64,000 nt of DNA from NCBI RefSeq assembly GCF_000372725.1, contig NW_005201392.1, forward strand, positions 66,521-130,520. Direction: 5' to 3'. Made by a program: the position numbers and the translations under genes. The DNA comes from Emiliania huxleyi CCMP1516. Taxonomy: Eukaryota. Positions 25,412 through 36,315 of the stretch are shown here, one piece after another. Below the pieces are notes generated by a model, which did not search any database, was not told where the DNA came from, and saw nothing but the letters and a program-made list of their open reading frames with translations. How positions within the stretch are numbered: position 1 is the stretch's first letter; every line of letters starts with the position of its first letter.

Positions 25412-28400
25412 TGTGTGTGTGTGACCCGACTCCGGACCTCGGGCCATCTCGGCGCCTCTCGGCTAAGGAGATCCTCAGCACGGGCTCGTTCTCCCCATAT
25501 CTCCCCATATCTCCCCATATCTCGGCTAAGGAGGGCCTCAGCACGGGCTCGTTCTCCCCATATCTCCCCATATCTCCCCATATCTCGGCTAAGGAGAGAC
25601 CTCAGCACTGGCTCGTTCTCCCCATATCTCCCCATATCTCCCCATATCTCGGCTAAGGAGTGCCTCAGCACGGGCTCGTTCTCCCCATATCTCCCCATAT
25701 CTCCCCATATCTCGGCTAAGGAGTGCCTCAGCACGGGCTCGTTCTCGGGGAAGAGGGTGATCGAGCCAAAGACGAGCTTGAAGAGGCGGAGCAGCGTGGC
25801 GGCCTCGGCCTCGGGGGCGGCGGAGAGCTCGGGCAGCTTGCCCACGAGCAAGGAGAGGAGGATCTCGGCGAAGGGGCGCGAGACGTTCGAGTTTGCGAGG
25901 AAGTGCTGCAGGATGGTGAGCATGCTGCTGTTTGCGCGCACGCGCTCGTACAGCGTGGGCATCTGCAGCTCGAAGACTTGCTTGAAGTTGCGCAGGTCGA
26001 GGACCTGGATTCGGGTGCTGTGGGGGTAGGGTAGCCGGCTTCGGGTGCGGTGGGGGTAGGGGAACTGACCGTGAAGACGCCCGCAAAGTAGTCGAGCACC
26101 TGCGGGGAGATGTGGGGAGATATGGGGAGATATGGGGAGATGAAGACGCCCGCAAAGTAGTCGAGCACCTCCTTCTCTTCCTGCGGGCTCGCGTCGGGCC
26201 CCGTCCCGTAGATGACGAAGCAGGGCAGCCCGCTCTTGACCAGCCGCGCGACGAGGAGGCACTCCTCCTCGCTCATCCCCTTCATGGCCTGCACGCCGGC
26301 GAGCGGGTGCGGCTGCATGCGCGAGTTGGAGACGGACCTATTCACGGCGCATCACTCAGGTAGCTGACCGCGAGCAGGTAGCCGCTCCTCCAGATTGAGG
26401 TGGAGGACGGACCAGACCACCGTCTTGACGCCGAGGATCATCGTCTTGAGCAGCTGCTTGCACTCACGCGTCGAGTCGGCGGCGCTCTTCGTCGAATCAG
26501 ACGCGAACGGGTCCGACTTGGTCACCTGATGCAGGCAGCCACCCACTGACTGCTAGGCGGGATTCGGCGGTCAGTGGCCACCTTGGGTGGCCATCACCGC
26601 CACGAGCGGGGAGATATGGGGAGATATGGGGAGATATGGGGAGATATGGCCGGCACCGCCACGAGCGCCGCCCGCCGCGCCGCCTCGCCCTCCAACGGCG
26701 GCTTGGCGGGCCGCTTGCCCTCCTCGCCCTCAGCCGTCGCGGCGGGCGGCGTCGCGGCAGTTTGCTTCGCGCCCTCCGCCACGGTGCCGCCCTCAGCCTG
26801 CCTTGGGGCCGCGCGGCTGGCGGCGGCGGCCGCCGCCGCCATCGCTGCCTTCCGCGCGCCCTCCCGCGTCACCTGCTGCGAGCTGTGAATTAACCACTAT
26901 TACACTCCCTGTCTAAGTAATAGTCCCGCGTCACCTGCTGCGAGCTGTGAATTAACCACTATTACATTCCCTGTCTAATTAATAGTCCCGCGTCACCTGC
27001 TGCGAGCTGTGAATTAACCACTATTACACTCCCTGTCTAATTAATAGTCCCGCGTCACCTGCTGCGAGCTGTGAATTAACCACGATTACATTCCCGGTCT
27101 AATTAATAGTCCCGCGTCACCTGCTGCGAGCTGTGAATTAACCACTATTACATTCCCTGTCTAATTAATAGTCCCGCGTCACCTGCTGCGAGCTGTGAAT
27201 TAACCACTATTACCTTCCCTGTCTAATTAATAGTCCCGCGTCACCTGCTGCGAGCTGTGAATTAACCACTATTACATTCCCTGTCTAATTAATAGTCCCG
27301 CGTCACCTGCTGCGAGCTGTGAATTAACCACTATTACCTTCCCTGTCTAATTAATAGTCCCGCGTCACCTGCTGCGAGCTGTGAATTAACCACGATTACA
27401 TTCCCTGTCTAATTAATAGTCCCGCGTCACCTGCTGCGAGCGCGCTGTCTTGTCGGCCTCCTTGGCGGCGGCCGCCTCGTCGCGCGCCACGAGAAGCTTG
27501 GGGATCTGCTCCTTGAGCGTGGTAAACTTGAAGACGAGCGTGTGCAGGATGCGCACGAGCAGCGCGCGCGCCTCGACGTCGTTCTTGTGGAAGATTGCCT
27601 ACGGATGTGGAAGCAGCTCTGAAGTCGTCACGCCTCAAGACGGTTGCCCCTCGCCGCTCTTGTGGCAAGTGTCCTCGACGAGGTTGAGCAGCAGCCGCAC
27701 CGACGTGATCTGGATCGCCAGCGGCAGCGAGGCGTCGTGGATGTGGCACGAAAACAAGTGAACGACGCGCGAGAGGTGCTTGATGCCGAGCTCGCCGCGC
27801 ACGTGGTGGACCTAGCTCGTACCTCACTCGGTGTCACGCCGGAGCGGCGAGGCGCGAGCTCGCCCCGCGCGAGGGCGGACCAGGTCGGCGAGCGTGCTGC
27901 AGGCGAGCGGCCGCAGCGCCTAGTACCATACCTCCCGAGGATCGAACCCCGTGTGGGTTCAGTCCCGTGGGTGGTGCGGTATAGCAGCGGCCTCGTGCGA
28001 GGTGCGCAGCGAGGTAGGGCCGGCACCGACCAGCACGTTCTCGTCAAGCAGCACGTCCACCTGCGAGAGGGGGGGAGATGGGGGGAGATGGGGGGAGATG
28101 GGGGGAGATGGGGGGAATGATGGGGAGCTGTAGCTGTGGGGAGAAGTGGGGAGAGATGGGGAGATGTGGGGAGATGAGTGGAGATGAGGGGAGATGAGGG
28201 GGGCAGCACGTCCCACCTGCGAGAAGAAGCCGACGCGGAAGTCCGTGGCGAGGATGTGCCTCGTGGCGACCAGGATGTCCTTGCGGATCGCCGCAGCCTG
28301 TTCATTGATGTCAACTGTAGTCATTGCCTGTGAATGAGGATGTTGTCCTTGCGGCTCGCCGCAGCCTCGGGCGGGCAAGTCAGCAGCAGCTGGATGACGC

Positions 28401-30566
28401 ACTTTGGGATAGACTCCTGGTAAGAGCGCATAAAGTCGGCAAACGCGCGCAGCAAGTAGGTGAGGAAGGAGAGCGTCTTGACTTGCGCCGCCATGAAGTC
28501 CGTCGCCGCCGTCCGGTGCTTGAGCAGCGCGCGCTGCGGCGTGCGAAGCGCGAGAGCCTGGACCATCAGCGGGATGAGAGCCTAGGGACATGTCTCGGAC
28601 AAGTCGTGGACGTGTCTTGGACCTGTCCCTCGCCCTGTCGAAGCCCCGTCGCCTATGGACACGCCTCGGACGCGTCTCGGACACGTCACGGACGCACGGC
28701 GCCAACTCAGCGGCCGTCGGGACCGGGATGGTGGTCTGTATGTAGCGCGGGTAGAGCTGGAAGAGCAGCATCACAATCAGCGGGCACTCGGTGAGCACCT
28801 TGAACGACTCCGTCGACCGGATCAGCACACCTGACGGCGGGCGCGGCGACGCCGCGACGACGCTCGCCGCCGCCGCCGCCGGCGCCGACCCCTCTGCAGC
28901 GGCCGTCGCCGACACGGCGAGCGGCGTCGCGGTGGCGTCGCCGCCCGCCAGCGCGCTCGCCGCCGAGTCGGGCCGCCGCGCGACGCACGCAGACACGGGC
29001 GCGACCGCGGCGGCCGCCGCAGCGCTACTGCCCACAGACACTGCCGACTCCTGGCGACTCAGCACACCGCTCACCATCGCCTGCTGCGACGACGCGGCGG
29101 CCGCCGCCGCCGCGGCCGCGCGCGCCTGCTCCCGCGCCTGCGCCGCCGCCGAGTTGGCCTGCTGCGACTAGGAAGTGTCTGGGAAGTGTCTAGGAGGTGT
29201 CTAGGAAGTGTCTAGGAGTTTGCCTGCTGCGACTGCGCGGCGAGCGTCTGCGCTCGCGCCTGCGCGTCCCTCGCCGCCTGCGCCGCCTGCTGCGCTTGTG
29301 CTTGGTGCGCCTGCGTCGGCTGCGCCTGGGCGATGGAGGCGCACTGCTGCGCCTGCTGCGCGCGCGCCTGCGCCTGCTGCTGCGCCTGCAGTGTCGCCTG
29401 AACCAGCTGTTGGTGCCGCGCCTGCGCCTGCTGGACGCGCGCCTGCGCCTGCTCGGCTGCGTGCTGCTGCTCCGTCCGCGGGATGCCGGGGCCGGCGGAG
29501 GCCGCGCTCTCCTTGTCGGAGAAGAGGAGGGCCACGGTGTTGGGCAGGCCTCTGTAAATGCGCTCGACAAACTTGAGGAAGGGCTGCACCTGTATACACG
29601 TAGAATGCAGCGGGGGGAGGGGCGGGGGGAGGGGGTCGGAGGAAGGGGGCGGGGAGGGGCGGGGGGAGGGTCGAGGAAGGGTCGGGGAAGGGTCGGGGAC
29701 GCTTCCCAAGAGGCTCCGGGCGGGGGGGCGCGCGATGTCTCGGAGCCGGGCGGCGGCGGAGGTAAGAGGTGGCTGTTGGGAGGGCGGCGGAGAGGGGGAG
29801 GCGGCGGTGGAGAGGGGGGCGAGGGCGGTGGCGAGGGGAGCGGGGTGGGGGGTGGGGGGTGGGGGGGGGTGAGGGGGAGGCGGGTGGTGGTGGTGAATGT
29901 GCGGAGGCGTCGGGGGCGGAGGCGAGGGGCGGCGGAGGGGGCGGAGGAATGGGCGTGGAGGGAGGAGGCGGGTGGGGATGGGTGCTGGGGAGAGGGCGGT
30001 GGGCGGGGAAGCGGCGGTGGAGGGGGCAGAGGAAAGGGGGAGCGGAGGGTAAAGAGGCGGGAATGGGGGGAAAGGGGGGGGGGGGGGTCGAGGGGCGGGA
30101 GGCGGCGGCGAAGGGGTCGCGGGGACGAGGCGGGGCGGGTCACGCGCGGCGGCGGCCACGGACAGACCTCGCGCTCGAGCGTCGGGCGAAAGTTCTTGTG
30201 GAGGTCGAAGATTATGCGGAGGCAGATGACTGCGTTCTCCTCGTTGTCTGTCTCGAGCAGCTTCATGCAGAGCGAGAGCATCATCGGCACGTGCGGCCGC
30301 AGCGTCTCGTTGTTTGGGAGCCGGTTGAGCACCTCGAGCAGCATGTTGCGCACCTTCTGCTCCGGGCCCTCTGAGAACTGCGGCGTGCCCTCGGACAGAA
30401 GCTGGTAGAAGGCGGGGAACAGGTGGCGCAGGAAGTTGCCATACTCGGCCGTGTGCACAATCTCGATCGAGTCGCGCATCTCCATGACGAGCTGCTGCCG
30501 CTGCTGCAAATTCTCCGCGCGCAGCAGGCGCGTGGCGTGCGCCTCAAAGTTGTTTGTGATCAGCAT
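13569..30566 (-). CDS. TRRAP: Transformation/transcription domain-associated protein (TRRAP/Tra1), PIKK-family pseudokinase scaffold of SAGA/NuA4, many exons
   Basis: N-terminus IEIVHTAEYGNFL..DNEENAVICLRIIFDLHKNFRP; SFKVLTECPLIVMLLFQLY; RALFKSIGGGKFESLYKEFLPLL; HRKELIKFSWNHLK; FAT domain WRERLPNVWE; pseudokinase PFRLTRNLQ; FATC end PPAWQAWL*. Confidence 0.97.
25473..25746. repeat. Intronic tandem array, 4 units of 63-64 bp, each an exon-end copy plus (CTCCCCATAT)3
   Basis: CCTCAGCACGGGCTCGTTCTC starts at 25473, 25536, 25600, 25663 and 25726. Confidence 0.9.
26862..27441. repeat. Intronic tandem array, 9 x 62 bp, forming one 558-nt TRRAP intron
   Basis: TCCCGCGTCACCTGCTGCGAGC recurs every 62 nt from 26862 to 27420 (10 copies), separated by near-identical 40-nt AT-rich fillers. 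Confidence 0.95.
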
Positions 30567-30695
30567 GGCGGCTTCGCGTCCGGCGCGTGAGTCAGGCGCG
30601 CAAAGCGCCGGCCGCGCTCCTCGCGCTCACCGGCGTGGAGAGCAACCTGCTTGACAAGAGAGAATTTTTGGTCCCTCGGTGCGCTTATCAGCTCC

Positions 30696-30748
30696 GCGGC
30701 GTGCCGTTCTCCCATCCCTCCCTTGGGTTGTGTGTTTTCTTTCTTTTA
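30696..30748 (-). repeat. Dispersed repeat family B, partial copy upstream of TRRAP
   Basis: GCGGCGTGCCGTTCTCCCATCCCTCCCTTGGGTTGTGTGTTTTCTTTCTTTT is a near reverse complement of 12236-12297. Confidence 0.8.
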
Positions 30749-32169
30749 GCTCCCCGGCCCTGGATGTGAGGTTGAACGCATGCGTTTCACTTTCAGAAAC
30801 GGTCTCGCAGCGGCAGGCCATGCGTCGTCTCGGTTTCTTCTTCCTCCCAGCACCCAGGGGCACCACCGGGGCGGGTGCTTGCCACATGCCAAGAGTGAGT
30901 GGCGCAGTGAAGAGAAGCTCGTGAGCAGGGAGAGCAAGATCCTATCTAGAGTGGCGGCCACTTGTCATCGCACTGAAAACGGCAGCTTTGCAGCCGGACG
31001 TAAGGAAGGTGAGCTTTCCAGGGGGCGTGTGGAAGCAGCCGCTCGATCCGGTGGCGGTGGATGTACTCGAGTAGCGTATGGCGTGCGAATAATTAATACG
31101 CGCATGCCGATTGGCGCACGTCTCTCCCGGGCTGAGCGGAGCCGCCCATGTGCAAGGGTGCTGCGAGAGTGGCCGTCCGGCCTGACTCCAGGGAAGCACC
31201 GTGGCAACAGAGCCGCGACGCAAGGGCGAGTCAATAGCCGACCCGGATCGCACCCGGTGGACGGGAGGCACCCCCTCTCCAACACACATCCTGCAGCTTT
31301 GATCCGAAAGCACATCGCCGCCGTCGGCGCTCCGTCGCCACCTTGAGCTCTCGGCCCCGCTCGAGCCCGGATCGGCTGCCGCCAACACTCGAGATCGCCG
31401 GACTACCGATCGCCACCCCCGACCCCACCCGTCGTCATGGTGGGTAGTAGCGGCGCCACGGCCGTGATTGCGAACACTGCGCGGGAGGAGAGAGCGCGAA
31501 CCCTCAGTCTTGACTCCGAGCCTCGACGCTCAGAGCGAGAGGGCTCGGTAATACCCGGTACGACTTTTTTGGGCAAGGCGTCTATTTATATTACCCAAAA
31601 GCTAGGCTACACAACGCCCTCTATGTTGGGTCAAGGCGTCTATTCGGTGCTCTGCACGTTAGAGCGTGCGGCAGGCGTGCGGCAGGCACCTGCCGGACGC
31701 AAATGGGGCCGCCTGGTGGCCTCCGAGCGCCAGCCGAAGCAACCCTCGTCGTGCCCCGACACCCCCCCGACTCATGATGTGCCGCTCTTGCCTGTGTGGC
31801 CGCTGACGGCGGGACCCCGTGCGCGGCTGCGCCGCAATCTCGTCACTGCCGTCGTCACACCTGTCCACAGATGCGACGGGTGCCTGTCCGACCGCGACAA
31901 ACAGGCCTCGTTGCGGATCGCCAGCCCGCCCGTTGCCTCCGCAGACGCCCAGCTAGCCGAATCGTCGTTACCTTCCGCAGACCGACTTCGCGAGCGAGCG
32001 GGCGCGTTCTAGATGACGGTCACGCCCAACTCACCGGCCTTGTGGCCTGAAACCGATTCTGAGCCCTGCCTCCCCCGAGCGGGTATGGCCGCTGCCCGGC
32101 GGCCCGCGGTACGATTCGGTCCCGCCACCTCCCCGCCGTCCCGGTTCCCGCAGGTGAATTAATGCGAGT

Positions 32170-32995
32170 TCGCCACCCTCCTCGCCGCCCTCTCCGCCAC
32201 TGTCGCCTCCGCGCTCTCCTCAGCCGTCGCCGCCGCCCTCGCCTCCACCGCCCTCTCCGCCACCCTCCCCGCGGCCTTCTCCACCGCCCTCTCCGCCGCT
32301 CTCTCCTCCGCCGTCGCCGCCGCCCTCGCCGCTGCCGTTGCCGCCGCACTCCTCCCCGCTGCCGCCCTCACCCTCCCCGCCGTGCCGTCGGTCTCGCCGT
32401 CGCCTTCTTCCGTGTCGCTGTCGCCGCTCCGCCGTCCGTGTCGCCGTCGCCGCCTCGGATCCGTCCGTGTCGCCTTCGCCGCCTCCGTCCGTGTCGCCTT
32501 CGCCGCCTCCGTCCGTGTCGCCGTCGCCGCTGCCTTCCTCCGTCTCGCCCTCCCCGCAGCAAGCTCGCTTGCCGTCGCCGTCGCCGCCATCGGTCTCGCT
32601 TTCGCCGCCTCCGTCCGTGTCGCCGTCGCCGCCTCCGTCCGTGTCGCCGTCGCCGCCTCCGTCCGTGTCGCCGTCGCCGCTGCCTTCCTCCGTCTCGCCC
32701 TCCCCGCAGCAAGCTCGCTTGCCGTCGCCGTCGCAGCCATCGGTCTCGCTTTCGCCGCCTCCGTCCGTGTCGCCGTCGCCGCCTCCGTCCGTGTCGCCGT
32801 CGCCGCCTCCGTCCGTGTCGCCGTCGCCGCTGCCTTCCTCCGTCTCGCCCTCCCCGCAGCAAGCTCGCTTGCCGTCGCCGTCGCCGCCATCGGTCTCGCT
32901 TTCGCCGCCTCCGTCCGTGTCGCCGTCGCCGCCTCCGCCGTCGGATTCGCCTTTGTCGCCTGCTCCGTCCGTGTCGCCCTCGCCGCCGTCACATT
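32170..32995 (+). repeat. Ser/Pro-rich coding-like minisatellite: 24-bp SVSPSPPP units nested in ~3.5 copies of a 120-bp unit; possible extensin-like gene fragment
   Basis: Sequence blocks at 32521, 32661-32700 and 32821 recur; the frame reads (PSVSPSPP)n..QQARL. No clear start or flanking domain. Confidence 0.6.
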
Positions 32996-33784
32996 TCGGC
33001 ATATACACAGTTTCCACATGTGCAAGTTCTTCTTGATGCACACGGCGGTGCAGCCCCCGGCCATAGCGGGCAACTCAAGGCATCGACGCTCTCGCCGAAG
33101 CCCCTGTGCACTGTCCGGCACTTGCCGCCGTTTTATTCGGCGCAATGGCCGGCGTTGAAGCTCCGAACCCAGGCGCAGCCGAGCCCATTTCTTTCAGAGA
33201 CAATACCAACAACCTCTTTCACTCATTCTTAAAACAGTACCGGCCGGGATTTCGAAGATAGTGCTAAAATGGATACCTGCCTGGAGAATGGCATTTAATT
33301 TCGCGGACCGGCTCTTAACAATCAGGTCATGTCACCGCTTAATGTGCATGTGCGTGGCCTACGTCAGAGACCAAGTGACCAGCCGTCCCGGGCAATTTGT
33401 GACCCGTCTACGCCCTCGCGCCTCGGGCGCGGCCGGCCCCCGGCCGGCTGCCCCGTTGACTTCCCCGCCGCGCGCTACGCGTTCGTGCTACGCGTTCGTT
33501 CGCAGTAATCTGGCTTAGTTCAGAGAGGTCGGGTCGTCTCTATGCGTATCACAGCGCGGCGCTGGCCTGCGCAATCAATCAATCATCCCGACATTTGATG
33601 TTAGTGGCAAAACCGCGGAACCGAAAATGGCGTTTAATTTTGCGCACCTGCTGTCCGCCGCCTGCGGCGGCGCTGCGCGCCGCCTACGCGCGCTGCGCGC
33701 GCGTTTTCTCTCTCTTTTTCTGTCTTTTTCACAGTGTAATTTTACCGAAAAAATGCCACTTTTTTTACCCCGGCCGTGCCTGCT

Positions 33785-35381
33785 ATGAAGGCGGAGGAGC
33801 GACGAGCGGTCGGCTCCAGCGCCTCGCCCAGCGTCCTCGCGGTGGTCGTCGACTGCAGCCCCGTGGAGTGGGCTGCGCGGCCCGCCGATGAGCTGCCGCA
33901 CCTCCTCGAGCAGCTGATGATGCTCTGCAGCGCCTACTGGTCGCTCGCGTCCAGCAACCGCCTGCTCGTGGTGGGTGCGCACCCAGCCGCGGCGCGGCTG
34001 CTGTGGCCGGAGAGGCGCGAGCTCGCCGCGGAGGTCGCGCCGCCGCACAGGCTGCGCGCCGCCCTCGCCAGGGGCGTGCGGGGCCTCGTTGCTCTGGATC
34101 CACTCTCCGACGCTGCGGCGCCGGCGCTTGCGGCGGCGCTTTCGCTCGCGCTCTGCCGGCTGGAGCGCGTGCGGCGCGAGGAGCCGCTCGCCCAGCCGCG
34201 CGTCCTCCTCCTCAGCGCCTCCGCCGAGTGCCCCTCGGCCAGCCTTCGCCTCACCAACGCGGCCTTCGCCGCGAAAAAGCTGGAGGCGCTCGGGCGTCTC
34301 TTCTCACACCGCCAGCAGCGCCGGCCCCGCGCACCCGCCGCTGCGCCGGCCTCACACCGCGTGCGTGCTGGCGCCTGGCGCCCACGGCACCTCCACCCAC
34401 GCGCCCGCCCTCTCGTCTGCAGGTTGCAATCGACACGGCGCTGCTTGCGCCGACGGCGAGGCTCGATCTGGTGTGAACGTCTCTTCACGCCGCCCGCTGT
34501 GAACAGGTGCTGCTCGCGCCGACGGCCGACTCGATCTCGCTGCAGCAGCTGGCCCTCTCCGCGTGCGGCATCGGGTGGCACCATGCTGCCTCTCCAGTTA
34601 CTGTGTAATGCATGGACTCCAATAGGTTCGGCGATAAAATTGTGTAGAGAGAGGCGAGATGTAGAGATGGTGCTGGTGTTAGGTGGTAGGTAGTAGTAGT
34701 AGGTCGCCCCCAAAGTGCAGTCCCCCAGAGTGTAGGCCTCTCCAGTTACTAGTTGATAGTCAATCGGTGCGGCCTGCCGACGGCACATGCCGGAGCCGAG
34801 TTAGGACCAGTTAAGGAATGCCGCGCGCCCCTCTCCGAACAGGCGCACCTCTCTGGCGGGGTCTACCACCGCGCCGAGGGCAGCAGCAAGGAGGGGCTGG
34901 GCTGCTTCCTGCTCTTCTCGGCACGCGCTTCTTCTCACACACACGCACATCTTACCGAAGCTCCGGCTCCGCACGGCCACCTTGTCCTGCATCCTGCATC
35001 TCGGCAGCCATTGCGATCGCTCCGCCTCTCCCGGACGTTCGCAAACCCGTCCACTCGACCTCCCGTTGACAACTCCAATTGACACGCCGCCATTGATGAC
35101 GTCCAGACACGTCCACTGACCCCCCCCCCCCCCCGCGCCAGGTGCTGCCCGACCAGCACTGCCGCAGGCTGCTCGCTCCGCCGCCGCAGTCGAGGCTCGA
35201 GACGCGCGCGGTGTGCACACTCACCAAGCGCCACCTCGACATCGGGTACACCTGCTCCGTCTGCCTCGCCGTCTTCGAGAAGCACTCGCTGCGCGAGTGC
35301 GCCGTGTGCGGGACGCGCTTCCCGCTGCCAAAGCTGGCGCCGGGCGCAAAGCTCAAGAAGAAAGTTGCGAAAGCGAAGTAG
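33785..35381 (+). CDS. TFB4: TFIIH subunit p34/Tfb4 (vWA domain plus C-terminal zinc finger), multi-exon
   Basis: SVLAVVVDCSP; LAAALSLALC; LTNAAFAAKK|VAIDT; DSISLQQL|AHLSGGVY; ETRAVCTLTKRHLDIGYTCSVCLAVF..CAVCGTRF. Confidence 0.9.
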
Positions 35382-35827
35382 CGCGAGGCCTGTTTCGCGC
35401 ACACAGAGGTGTGGCTCGACACCGCGAGCGGGCGGCGAGACTTCCTAGTCATTAGAGAGCTCTGAAGTTAGTTTTTCACTTACACGCAACCGTCAGCCTC
35501 GCCCCCCAACACGGCAACGCCAACGGCCAAGGGCCAACGCCCAAGACGTAGACCAGACGTAGACCCAAGAGCGCACATGGCGAAAAGATATCAAGAATGT
35601 CTTTTCAGGGGAAGGAACCGTCACGCGCGAGTTGACGGAAATCGAGCACGAGGGACGCGACCCACTTCGCCACAGACGGTCCCGCGCCTCGCCGCTATGA
35701 CGGCGACACGGCCGCAGGTACCCGTCTTTGTCCGGAGTGAAAAGTCCAACGCGCGCGTACCTCGCGTCTCACGGAACATACCAATGACCGCGTTGGTGTC
35801 CAGTCCGAGCCTGGCTGTTCTTCACCT

Positions 35828-35922
35828 TTCTACCTACCTACCTACGGAACACTTGAAATCCCTGTGTGGTGGCGGCGTACCGTCCTCCCATCCCTCCCCT
35901 GTGTTGTCTCTTTTCTTTCTTT
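35828..35922 (-). repeat. Dispersed repeat family B copy with (GTAG)n tail
   Basis: Reverse complement reads ..GGGAGGGATGGGAGGACGGTACGCCGCCACCACACAGGGATTTCAAGTGTTCC(GTAG)4. Confidence 0.8.
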
Positions 35923-36315
35923 CCAACCCCTGCCTAGACGAGTACAGCTAAAGAGTACCCGGGGCTCCCCTTGCGGGAGAGCCCCAGCAGAAACCCGGGC
36001 AAAGCACTGGCAGGGCAAACAAATAAATAAAAAAGAAAACCTCTAGGGCATAGTCACCCCTCAATGGACCATGGCCATGCGTTCTTTGAAGGACACAGAG
36101 CACTTAGCCTTATTGACCACGTCGCGACCGTTAACAGCCGTTTTAACCGTCGTGACGTGAAGTTTCCATAGTCTCTCAGCAAGCACGCGCCGACTCACGC
36201 TGGCTGGGTGTGTATGCTGCAGTAGGGAAAGTACAGTAGGCGGGCCGGCCGGGTCGTAACGCATCGTTGAGCCCGACGGCACACCTACGCGCGTGCGCGA
36301 CCAGCCAGCGCGTGC

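Noticed and set aside
26862..27441. CRISPR-like look (22-bp GC-rich repeat plus 40-bp spacer)
   Set aside because: The spacers are near-identical, the repeat is TRRAP exon-junction sequence, there are no cas genes and the context is eukaryotic.
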